Of a stretch of DNA of 39,855 nucleotides, positions 17,416 to 25,476 are shown one piece after another. Source of the stretch: an archaeon (GTDB taxonomy: Archaea > Iainarchaeota > Iainarchaeia > Iainarchaeales > Iainarchaeaceae); NCBI GenBank assembly GCA_035289485.1, contig DATDXA010000062.1:1-39855 (forward strand). Reading direction: 5' to 3'. Position numbers and translations under genes: made by a program. Each line of letters begins with the position of its first letter. Positions within the stretch are counted from its first letter, which is position 1. Below the pieces are notes generated by a model that ran no database searches, was not told the origin of the DNA, and saw only the letters and a list, made by a program, of their open reading frames with translations.

Positions 17416-18399
17416 TTAGTCCTGCTGCATTGCACCTTTAATCACATCAAGAGCACTCGCAAGGATTAGCGGCCCGAAAATAAAACCGAATATCCCAAAA
17501 AGTGTAATTCCTCCAATAACTCCTAGCAGCATCACAAACGGATGTATGCGCGTTCTGTTCCCGATCCATCTTGAATAAAGAATCTGCTCAATTCCAACAG
17601 TTAGTATGATTCCGATAATTATGATGCCAAAAGCCGTGGGATACTGCTGGATTGCAATATAGTAAAGAGCAAGAGGCGCCCAGACCATGATTGGCCCGAT
17701 GCTTGGGACGAATGCCAAAACAAAAATGATTGTGGCAAGGATTAGGCTCGCTTCAACGCCCGAAATTGTAAAGCCTACAAATGAAATGGCAAACTCTAAA
17801 ATCGCCATGGCAAATGTCACATGCAAAATGGCCTGTGCTGTTTTGTCAAGCTCGCGGATTATTCTATCCTTGTTATGGGAAGGGATATGCTTTTTGAGCT
17901 GCTCAGAAAGTGTTTCCCAGCTGCATAGAATGTAATACATGCCTATTAGGGTCACGATTAGCCCAAGAGCGAGGCCTGGAAGGGATGCGAGAAGCGAACC
18001 TGTAGTGTCCGTGATGAATTGATTAAACTGAATTTGCATTGTAATAGGGTTGAGATTGAATCCGCGCAGAAAAGGGTGAGAGGCAACAAGGCCAATATAG
18101 TGCGAAATATTCTGTTTGCTTGCAAAATCGCCAGCCTCATTGACAACCCCTATGACAACTAAACTCACAGGCACAACAACAAGCAACAATGCAACAAACA
18201 CACATGTTACTGCAGCAAGGGTTTGGCGCATGCGCGTAGCCAGCCGCACAAATAGCGGCCGCGCCATGTATGCAAGCAGGTACGCAGAAATAACGGCAAT
18301 CATGAAAGGCAACACTAGGAAAAATGCGAGGGCTATAAGCCCGAGTATGACGGCCCAAAATAAGTAGCCCTTGAGCTGATGCTTATCGTCCAATAACAT
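17416..18399 (-). CDS. AI-2E family (PerM/YtvI-like) transporter
   Basis: LAYMARPLF, LAFVPSIGP..VWAP, RIHPFVMLLGVIGG...FG..GFIFGPLI. Confidence 0.9.
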   Translation of the reverse strand: MLLDDKHQLKGYLFWAVILGLIALAFFLVLPFMIAVISAYLLAYMARPLFVRLATRMRQTLAAVTCVFVALLLVVVPVSLVVIGVVNEAGDFASKQNISHYIGLVASHPFLRGFNLNPITMQIQFNQFITDTTGSLLASLPGLALGLIVTLIGMYYILCSWETLSEQLKKHIPSHNKDRIIRELDKTAQAILHVTFAMAILEFAISFVGFTISGVEASLILATIIFVLAFVPSIGPIMVWAPLALYYIAIQQYPTAFGIIIIGIILTVGIEQILYSRWIGNRTRIHPFVMLLGVIGGITLFGIFGFIFGPLILASALDVIKGAMQQD

Positions 18400-18494
18400 A
18401 TAAAAAACCTTTAAACTTCTGAAAACGCGGGCACGGAGTGAATGTGCCCTATGTTTTCGATTTTTTCTGAGAATGGCAGAATTTCTATCTGCGC

Positions 18495-18614
18495 TTAGGT
18501 CCTCATGATTTTCTTTCCGACTTTTCGTGAGCGGATTTTTCCCTTGCCGCCCTTTTTTTTGGCTGCGCGGCTTTTTGCCTGGCTCATTCTTGTCCCTCTT
18601 GTTTTTTTCGCCAT
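18495..18614 (-). CDS. Protamine-like basic microprotein (39 aa)
   Basis: MAKKTRGTRMSQAKSRAAKKKGGKGKIRSRKVGKKIMRT preceded by SD GGAGGT; below the ORF-track cutoff. Confidence 0.65.
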   Translation of the reverse strand: MAKKTRGTRMSQAKSRAAKKKGGKGKIRSRKVGKKIMRT

Positions 18615-18846
18615 TTTTATTACCTCCAAATTGCTGCTATTCAATACAGTAATATACCAACTTAATATACTATACTATTATATTCCATACAATCTATATA
18701 TATAGTAGTAGCAGCATAATAGGTACGCAGCAAGGGCAAACAAGATAGAAGCAAACGGATTTTTCCGCCAATGCAAGTCATTCAAAAGCAAATTTTTTGC
18801 CGAAGTTGAAATTGATTAGACTATGTTATCATTGAGGTGATAAATC

Positions 18847-19332
18847 ATGAAGGAAATTCGGAAAATGAACAAAGAGCATGATTCGGGCGTTCGAATTCAC
18901 ATGCTAATAGGGAAAAAAGTCCTCGCGTCCAACGGAAAGGAAGTTGGAACTATCATGGAAATCAGGCTAGACCCGGTAACATTAAATTTGGACGGAATTG
19001 AGATGGACCGCGGATTCTTTGGAACGGATACGTTCGTTGGGCGCAAGTACATCACATCCCTCTCAAATGAAGGAGCTGTACTAAACATGAGCCCAGTAAC
19101 GGATTACAAGGGCCTGAAGGTATTTGATTCAAACGGAAAGGAAGTGGGAACAGTTAAGGAAGTCCGGACAGACGGGCCAACTAACGATGTCTCCGCAATT
19201 GTTGTCGGAACTGGAATTCTCAAAAACGACGCAGTATTCACAAAATCAGACGTGAAAGACGTTGGCGAGAGCATAATGCTAAACATTGTAGTGGATGAAA
19301 ACGCCGTAAAAGTTGGCGGAGAGTCAAAGTAG
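18847..19332 (+). CDS. Tandem double PRC-barrel domain protein
   Basis: Two repeats: LIGKKVLASNGKEVGTIMEI and YKGLKVFDSNGKEVGTVKEV...DVKDVGESIML; SD GAGGTGA. Confidence 0.9.
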   Translation: MKEIRKMNKEHDSGVRIHMLIGKKVLASNGKEVGTIMEIRLDPVTLNLDGIEMDRGFFGTDTFVGRKYITSLSNEGAVLNMSPVTDYKGLKVFDSNGKEVGTVKEVRTDGPTNDVSAIVVGTGILKNDAVFTKSDVKDVGESIMLNIVVDENAVKVGGESK

Positions 19333-19418
19333 AATCTCAACGAAGCAAGGAGCTCACCCTCCTACGCCGCAAGGCGCAGGCTTCTTTGATTCAATAGAGA
19401 AAAATTGGAGGAAATTTT

Positions 19419-19787
19419 ATGCAAGAGTATACGATAACCCAAAATAATTTGTCGGTAAACAGGTGGAAAAAAGAGGGCGCATTGATTGCTTCGATTGGGC
19501 TGCTTCTGCTAGTTGGAGTGGTTTTGGCAGGAGGAGGGCCGCTTCCGATATTTTTGCTCGGGGCGGTAATAGTTCTTGGAGGGTATCTCTACACCAACGA
19601 TAAAATAGTCGGAAACATCAGATACGGAAACTCGAGATATGTGCAACAGGACGGAATGCAGTTCCAGCCGGCATGGCAACTGCAACAGGATGAAGACTCT
19701 GAATCGCAGCAGCAAAGAATTTCACGCAGGCAGCAGAGGCAAAATCGGAATATTCAGCAAAGGCAGATTGAAACTATAACGAGGTGA
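19419..19787 (+). CDS. Hypothetical 2-TM protein with Gln/Arg-rich C-terminal tail
   Basis: Hydrophobic hairpin then QQQRISRRQQRQNRNIQQRQ; SD GGAGG. Confidence 0.7.
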   Translation: MQEYTITQNNLSVNRWKKEGALIASIGLLLLVGVVLAGGGPLPIFLLGAVIVLGGYLYTNDKIVGNIRYGNSRYVQQDGMQFQPAWQLQQDEDSESQQQRISRRQQRQNRNIQQRQIETITR

Positions 19788-19791
19788 AAAA

Positions 19792-19962
19792 ATGGATACA
19801 GTATGGACAATAGTTGTAATTTTAGTGGTACTGTGGGCTTTGGGGCTTATAGGCTCAATTGGCGGAAGCCTGATAAATTTGCTTTTGGCCGTAGCACTGA
19901 TAATAATAGTGTACAGGCTAAGCCAAGGAAGAGACATTGCTACAGGCAAGCAAGTTGCGTAA
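19792..19962 (+). CDS. lmo0937-like (DUF5670) small membrane protein (56 aa)
   Basis: Manual translation MDTVWTIVVILVVLWALGLIGSIGGSLINLLLAVALIIIVYRLSQGRDIATGKQVA; SD GAGGTGA; not in the ORF track. Confidence 0.8.
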   Translation: MDTVWTIVVILVVLWALGLIGSIGGSLINLLLAVALIIIVYRLSQGRDIATGKQVA

Positions 19963-20021
19963 TTTAAAACAAGCAAAATAAAGCAAACAAAAAAATTAGA
20001 ACATAACACGGAGGTGTTTGA

Positions 20022-20252
20022 ATGAAAATTACCGAAGGAAGAATTCTTGACAAGGATTTCGAGAACCAGATTAATTCAGGTATTGGTGAGGCGCAAAGGC
20101 AGATTAATTCCAATATAAGCGAGGCGCAGAAATACGTGCACAAGCAGCAGTCAATGGTTGAAGGCGCGGTAAGTGAGCACCCGTTTGAATTCGTGCTCGG
20201 CGCATTCGTGGGTGGAATCCTTCTTGGTTCACTCCTTACAAAGAAGGGTTAA
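20022..20252 (+). CDS. DUF883/YqjD/ElaB-like tail-anchored protein
   Basis: C-terminal VSEHPFEFVLGAFVGGILLGSLLTKK; two 11-mer repeats; SD GGAGGTG. Confidence 0.7.
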   Translation: MKITEGRILDKDFENQINSGIGEAQRQINSNISEAQKYVHKQQSMVEGAVSEHPFEFVLGAFVGGILLGSLLTKKG

Positions 20253-20255
20253 GCA

Positions 20256-20579
20256 ATGAGCCTTGAAACCATTATCGAAAATTTCGTAAAAGGACTTGGG
20301 AGCGCCGCCTTGCGGGCGGGCGCCCTCAAAGCAGTCCTCTCCTCTGCAATAGCAGACGGGGTAGAAGGGGGAATTGACCGGGCCATGCCAACACTTATGA
20401 AAAACACGGTTTTGGGCTCGGTTATTCTTACAGGAGTATTTCTATTCGGGCTTGGAATCGCCAAATGGGCCGAATCAATTATTGCAGCGCCGGGATCAGG
20501 ATTTATCATTACGGGAATAGTTCTCACGGCATGCGCGAGCATTTGCCTTCTGGACAAATCAAGGGCGGCAGGAAAATGA
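20256..20579 (+). CDS. Small 2-TM protein, YqjE/holin-X-like position and topology
   Basis: Follows the DUF883-like gene; two C-terminal TM helices. Confidence 0.55.
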   Translation: MSLETIIENFVKGLGSAALRAGALKAVLSSAIADGVEGGIDRAMPTLMKNTVLGSVILTGVFLFGLGIAKWAESIIAAPGSGFIITGIVLTACASICLLDKSRAAGK

Positions 20580-20722
20580 ACGGGCTAGAAATCTCACTTG
20601 GAGTGCAGGGATTCTACCGCGACATGCGGGGAAAATCGCACTACGTTTCAAAAGAGATTGGCGAAAAGAAGGTCGTGGCAAATCTCTGGATTGAAATATC
20701 AAAAGAAGAGGCAACAGGTTAG
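20576..20722 (+). CDS. Hypothetical 48-aa protein
   Basis: ATGA overlap with the upstream stop; MNGLEISLGVQGFYRDMRGKSHYVSKEIGEKKVVANLWIEISKEEATG. Confidence 0.5.
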   Translation: MNGLEISLGVQGFYRDMRGKSHYVSKEIGEKKVVANLWIEISKEEATG

Positions 20723-20759
20723 TTTAGAAAAAGCTTGAAAAGCGGGAGACTGATTAAAA

Positions 20760-21530
20760 ATGGTTGAAAAAATGAGAAGGGAGATTCGCTCCCTCAGAAA
20801 AGGGCTTAATGCGGAAAAGAAAAAATCTGGAAAACTCCGCAAAGGGATTGCAACCGCTAGGAAAAAAACCGCAAAGACCGCCAAAACAGTTGCGGCAAGG
20901 GCGGCAAACCTTGGCAATGAAATGAACCGCCTGAGGGTTAATCTGCAAAATCTTGCAAAAAAGAAAACGCCCAAAAAACAGCTCTCCGAATACAATCTGT
21001 TCATGAGGCGCCAATTAATTGGAGGCAGCAGCTTTAACCGCGCGGTAAAACAGTGGAAAGCCTACACTATGGGCACACACACAGCCCCGAAAAAGGCGGC
21101 CAAGAGAGCTGTGGCGCCAAGAATTGTCACAAAAATCCGCACGGTTCAAAGTGGGCTAAACAAGCGGGAACTCTTAGCAGGAATGCGAAGCGCGCTAACA
21201 GAATTCAGCGCAGAATCGGATGCGAATGTTGCTGAACTGAAAGAAACCATGCGCAAAGCGGGCGGAGTTACAAAGCACAACGGGAACGGGTCAATGTCAG
21301 ATGAGCGTGTGGCAATAGAAATCATTTCCGTATTTTTCCAGGAAGTGCACAGGCTTGGCATGAAACGCAGCCTTGAACTGGATGATGTCGTCAACTCCTA
21401 CTTTGATACTCTTAGCAGGGTGAAAGGAATGAAGCAGATAATAAAGCCTGAGATGCATCCTGTGCCGACAGCGGTTTCGGATAAGCTCTCATCCCACCAA
21501 TGGCCCGGCAAAGCGCCGGCAGGGGTGTGA
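20760..21530 (+). CDS. Basic putative DNA-binding protein with HMG-box/YABBY-like motif
   Basis: K/R-rich coiled-coil N-terminus, KKTPKKQLSEYNLFMRRQL...SFNRAVKQWKAY, helical C-terminal domain. Confidence 0.65.
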   Translation: MVEKMRREIRSLRKGLNAEKKKSGKLRKGIATARKKTAKTAKTVAARAANLGNEMNRLRVNLQNLAKKKTPKKQLSEYNLFMRRQLIGGSSFNRAVKQWKAYTMGTHTAPKKAAKRAVAPRIVTKIRTVQSGLNKRELLAGMRSALTEFSAESDANVAELKETMRKAGGVTKHNGNGSMSDERVAIEIISVFFQEVHRLGMKRSLELDDVVNSYFDTLSRVKGMKQIIKPEMHPVPTAVSDKLSSHQWPGKAPAGV

Positions 21531-21534
21531 AAAA

Positions 21535-21798
21535 ATGGCTGAAACAGTAATCTTTCTTGGGCCGATAATTACCGCGCTTCTTGTATTGGCACTTGTTTTT
21601 ATTGCGCTAAAACTTGGTAAATCGATAATATGGCTCGCAATAAACAGCGTGATTGGGATAATATTTCTCATAATAATAAATTTTTTCCCATTCGTAAACA
21701 TCACAATAAACATCTGGAGCGTACTCATAGCCGTATTTGGCGGAGTTCCGGGAGTAATACTCTTAATCATTCTGGACTTGCTCAAAATTGCATTCTGA
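21535..21798 (+). CDS. BofA (pro-sigmaK processing inhibitor) family membrane protein
   Basis: LAINSVIGIIFLIIINF...INIWSVLIAVFGGVPGVILLIIL signature. Confidence 0.8.
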   Translation: MAETVIFLGPIITALLVLALVFIALKLGKSIIWLAINSVIGIIFLIIINFFPFVNITINIWSVLIAVFGGVPGVILLIILDLLKIAF

Positions 21799-21855
21799 AT
21801 AAAATTTTGGCCAAGTAGGACAGCAAATAAAATAGTACACGCGGAGGTAAAAAAT

Positions 21856-22332
21856 ATGAAAAAAGGAACAATCGCAGTTTTGGCACTAGCCATTTCGCTG
21901 ATTATTTTAAGCGGCTGCGCGCAGCAGAACACGGCAAATACAAACGGGCAGGCACAGGCTCCAAATGAATCTGATTATGGGGAAGTAAACCAAGTTCCGA
22001 CAAATACCAACGGGGGCACGGTAAATCAGGTGCCAACAAATGTCAATAACCCAAATCCTGGGCAGCCAGGTGGCGGCTCAACTAATGCTGAAATCAGCAT
22101 AGAGAATTTCGCGTTCTTGCCGGGCAACGTTACAATAAAAGCAGGGGACACAGTGACATGGAAAAACAATGACAGTGCTCCGCACACAGTAACATCAGAT
22201 TCAGGAACTGTTTTGCAGTCCGAATCGCTTGGCAATGGCGGAACATACAAGCACATGTTCTCCGAAAGAGGAACATACGCATATCATTGCGGCCTGCACC
22301 CGAGCATGAGGGGAACAATAACTGTGCAGTAA
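21856..22332 (+). CDS. Cupredoxin (plastocyanin/amicyanin-like) lipoprotein
   Basis: Lipobox LSGC, low-complexity linker with 2x VNQVPTN, W.N.D..PHTV, YHCGLHPSMRG type-1 copper site. Confidence 0.9.
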   Translation: MKKGTIAVLALAISLIILSGCAQQNTANTNGQAQAPNESDYGEVNQVPTNTNGGTVNQVPTNVNNPNPGQPGGGSTNAEISIENFAFLPGNVTIKAGDTVTWKNNDSAPHTVTSDSGTVLQSESLGNGGTYKHMFSERGTYAYHCGLHPSMRGTITVQ

Positions 22333-22388
22333 AATCGCAAACTCAATGAATTTCTCATTGAAAAAATAGGTAATATTCATCGGACTAA

Positions 22389-23978
22389 CTATCCGATGAA
22401 ATCATTTTTCATTTCCATTTCCTTAATAGTCCCTTCGCTCACCTTTAGCTTTCGCTGCGCGATTTTTTCTATAAAGTAACGGTCGTGCGAAACCGCAAGG
22501 ATTGCGCCATCGTAGCTGAGAAACGCCTTCTCTATTATTTCGCGCGCATCAATATCCAGATGGTTTGTGGGCTCATCTAGGAGCAGCAGGTTCGGCTTTT
22601 CGAGAAGGATTTTTAGAAGGTTTAGGCGCGATTTCTCCCCCATTGAGAGCTTTGAAATCTTCTTGTACACCTCATCATCAGTGACAAAGCCGACCATTGA
22701 AAGGCTCTGGCGCACTTTTGGCAAATCCTTTAGCATCGCATATATCTCATTGTACAAGGTGGAATCTTCCGAGAGGTCTCGCATCTCTTGGTCCGCATAC
22801 CCAAGCTTTGCCTGAGAATCAAAAATCACTTCCCCTGAAAGCGCGGGCAACCTGCCTTCAATAGTTTTGAAAAGCGTGCTCTTGCCGACCCCGTTTTCGC
22901 CAATCAGGATTATGCGCTGTCCCGAGCCCACATTGAGATTAATATTTGAGAGCAGGGGGTAGTCATACCCGACCGACAAATCAATGAGTTCTACCACCAC
23001 AGGGCTATGAATCGGGGATGCATCAAAGCGCGTGCTAAAACTTGATTTGTCCATGTCCGGCTTTTCAATTATTTCACGCTTTTCAAGAAGCCTTTCGCGG
23101 TATTTTCCCTGCTTGACTTTTTGCGGGCTTTTTCCAATGCGCGCAATTTTATCCTTTTCAATCGCGAGATACCTGTTTTCATGCTCATACGCGGTTTTCT
23201 GGGCCTCAAATGTTGCCGCACGCGTCTTTACATAATCCGAGTAATTGCCATTGTACTTTACCCACTTCGCCTTTTCAATTTTGAGGATGGTATCGCAGAC
23301 GCGGTCAAGGAAATACCTATCATGCGTGACCATGAGCACGGTTCCTTTGAAAGAGCGCAGGTACTTCTCGAGGATGTCAAGCCGCTTGAAATCCAGGTGG
23401 TTGGTAGGCTCATCAAGGAGAAGCAAATCCGCTTCGGAAGATAGAATCTGCGCGAGCGCAACTATTGCGCGCTGGCCAGTTGAGAGCGAACCCACAGTCT
23501 GGTCAAGCCAGTCTTCTGGAACTTCAAGGGTGCGCAGAACCGACTTTATTTTTCCGGTGGGGCGCGGGGCTTCGTGCTGGTAGCGCTTTGCCGAAAGCTC
23601 AACATAGCGGTCGGTTAACCTGCTGAGCTTTGCGCTGTCCTTGTGCGACTCAGGGTCTGCTAGAAACTTTTCAATATCGCGCAGTTCCTTCTCAAACGGG
23701 TTTTGATGATGGATAGTTGCGCTTTCGCCAAGTGTTTGCCGAACGGTCTTTTCCATATCAAGGCCAATGTCCTGTGAAAAGTGCGCGGCTTTGCCGTCGA
23801 ATTCTATGTGGCCGGTATAATCAATCTGGCCTAAAATAGCTTTCAGAAAGGTTGTTTTGCCAACGCCGTTGCGCCCAATCAGGCCAACTTTCGAGCCGTC
23901 CGCAACCCCCACACTTTCATCCTGCAAAATCTCCTTTTTGCCAATGGAAATGGAAAGGTTCTTTATTGAGAGTACCAT
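22389..23978 (-). CDS. ABC-F family ATPase
   Basis: Two NBDs (GRNGVGKT, GENGVGKS), twice LLLDEPTNHLD, HDRYF, no TM segments. Confidence 0.92.
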   Translation of the reverse strand: MVLSIKNLSISIGKKEILQDESVGVADGSKVGLIGRNGVGKTTFLKAILGQIDYTGHIEFDGKAAHFSQDIGLDMEKTVRQTLGESATIHHQNPFEKELRDIEKFLADPESHKDSAKLSRLTDRYVELSAKRYQHEAPRPTGKIKSVLRTLEVPEDWLDQTVGSLSTGQRAIVALAQILSSEADLLLLDEPTNHLDFKRLDILEKYLRSFKGTVLMVTHDRYFLDRVCDTILKIEKAKWVKYNGNYSDYVKTRAATFEAQKTAYEHENRYLAIEKDKIARIGKSPQKVKQGKYRERLLEKREIIEKPDMDKSSFSTRFDASPIHSPVVVELIDLSVGYDYPLLSNINLNVGSGQRIILIGENGVGKSTLFKTIEGRLPALSGEVIFDSQAKLGYADQEMRDLSEDSTLYNEIYAMLKDLPKVRQSLSMVGFVTDDEVYKKISKLSMGEKSRLNLLKILLEKPNLLLLDEPTNHLDIDAREIIEKAFLSYDGAILAVSHDRYFIEKIAQRKLKVSEGTIKEMEMKNDFIG

Positions 23979-24128
23979 ATGAATTTCATTGACCCGAATC
24001 TTTTAAAACCCGTTTAAAGGCGGGGCGGAATAATAATTCAAAGGAGGGCACAATGCAAAGGATTGGAATCAGGCAAACTCGCATTGCAAAGGATAATAAA
24101 TAAAATAATACATTTTCATATCAGGCAA

Positions 24129-24764
24129 ATGGTTAGCATGCATATACACAACCACCAAAAAGTGCGCACAGTCCTTGAAATGGCACAGCGCAAGGGGGTT
24201 TATGCAAGACACACAGTCAGCAGCCATTCATCAAGCTGGCTAAATGACCTCGGAAGAAATCTTGCCAATTACTCACGAGTGCATTCTTTCATTCTGCAGC
24301 ACTTTAAGACTCACGGGCTGAAAGGGCTTGCAGTGACACATTTTGGCGCCGGAAATGGAAAATACATGCATTTTTTGGGGAAGCACTATGGCATTGCAAC
24401 GACAGCAATCGAATCTAGCGGAGAACATATTCAGGCTGCACACGCAATCGGTGTACGCCCGGGATTCAAGAGGCGAAATGCACATAACACAAAATTACCC
24501 TCAAATTCACAGGACATTGTTCTAAGCGACCACTTTGTGCTTGCGCATTGCGAAGGGCTAAATGACGAAAAAATCCTACGTGAGGCTCACAGAGTACTCA
24601 AGCCTGGCGGGCTTTTGGTGGTTGAAAGGGCAACAACAAAGACTCTTCCTGCAAAAGCCAAAAAGCTGTTCGCCCAAGTAAATGACAGGGGATTCGACAT
24701 AGGAACACGCCCGTACGCAAACAACGGCGACTTAGCTTATTATTTTTTTGTGCTAAAAAAATAG
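24129..24764 (+). CDS. Class I SAM-dependent methyltransferase
   Basis: FGAGNG motif I variant, LPSNSQDIV, ILREAHRVLKPGGLLVV; start uncertain (24063 TTG or 24129 ATG). Confidence 0.8.
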   Translation: MVSMHIHNHQKVRTVLEMAQRKGVYARHTVSSHSSSWLNDLGRNLANYSRVHSFILQHFKTHGLKGLAVTHFGAGNGKYMHFLGKHYGIATTAIESSGEHIQAAHAIGVRPGFKRRNAHNTKLPSNSQDIVLSDHFVLAHCEGLNDEKILREAHRVLKPGGLLVVERATTKTLPAKAKKLFAQVNDRGFDIGTRPYANNGDLAYYFFVLKK

Positions 24765-24817
24765 GCAGATGCGCCCCCATCCCTATATTAAAAAGCAGTT
24801 CAGGGCACTTTATTTTC

Positions 24818-25393
24818 ATGCTAGGGCAGAAACAGGAAACTAATAAGATTGTTTGGGATGAGACGAAAAAAGAACTTCTCGCCAAAAGCGAAATCAGCCT
24901 AATTCTTGACACATACGATGACATTTTCTCGGATTTCGACCCGCGCCCATATTCTGTGCGCACACTCTCCGAGGACTTTTTGGTGGCCGCGAAAAAGGCA
25001 ATGCCCGCGGCAAGGGAAGGGCAGCTTGGAATGAGTTTTCTTATACCAAAAGCAATGCGCAACACCGCGCATGAGGTGCTCATAAAAAAGAAGCTGCGCG
25101 AATACTTCAGAAAGCACGGCTCGGTGATGGAACAGGAGCGCACAAAAATACGCGGGCAGGGAATTGCGATGACCGTTGTCGGCCTTGCGATACTGCTTCT
25201 TGCAACCTTTATAATTTCAATAGAGCGCCATGATTTGCTATTCAATTTCCTGATAGTGGTGCTAGAGCCAAGCGGCTGGTTTACCGTGTGGAGCGGGATG
25301 GAGGCAATCGCCTTCAAGTCAAAGGAGAGAGATGTCGAGATAGATTTTTACGCGCGGATGGCGAAAGCGGAAATAAATTTCACCGCATACTAA
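24818..25393 (+). CDS. Conserved hypothetical 2-TM membrane protein
   Basis: LDTYDDIFSDFDPRPYSVRTLSEDFL...EPSGWFTVWSG. Confidence 0.75.
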   Translation: MLGQKQETNKIVWDETKKELLAKSEISLILDTYDDIFSDFDPRPYSVRTLSEDFLVAAKKAMPAAREGQLGMSFLIPKAMRNTAHEVLIKKKLREYFRKHGSVMEQERTKIRGQGIAMTVVGLAILLLATFIISIERHDLLFNFLIVVLEPSGWFTVWSGMEAIAFKSKERDVEIDFYARMAKAEINFTAY

Positions 25394-25437
25394 ACAACGG
25401 TTTCGGCTTTTTGACAGAATTAAAAACAGAAAATCGC

Positions 25438-25456
25438 GGCGGCGAAATGCGCCGCC
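25438..25456. terminator. GC hairpin between convergent genes
   Basis: GGCGGCG-AAATG-CGCCGCC with nearby A/T tracts. Confidence 0.5.
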
Positions 25457-25476
25457 GGGAATTTTACTCGAAAAAA

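Noticed and set aside
17915..17922. TCCCAGCT match to the tRNA-Cys 3' end as a further att site
   Set aside because: Only about 8 bp and inside the intact AI-2E coding sequence; expected by chance.
18505..18705. 66-aa plus-strand ORF
   Set aside because: Antisense shadow of the SD-led basic microprotein; it runs into the AT-rich promoter.
20256..20579. Holin-like gene as evidence of a provirus
   Set aside because: No capsid, terminase, integrase or replication genes; the context matches the yqjD-yqjE-type stress arrangement.
21535..21798. BofA as proof of true endosporulation
   Set aside because: BofA-family proteins occur in non-sporulating archaea and no sigma-K/SpoIVFB machinery is present; kept only as part of the stress-island hypothesis.
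24598..25317. Long antisense ORFs (this 239-aa one, also 1673-2305, 3698-4231, 31686-32300, 39267-39737)
   Set aside because: They lie opposite confidently identified genes, have Ser/Phe/Ile-rich shadow composition and no independent signals.
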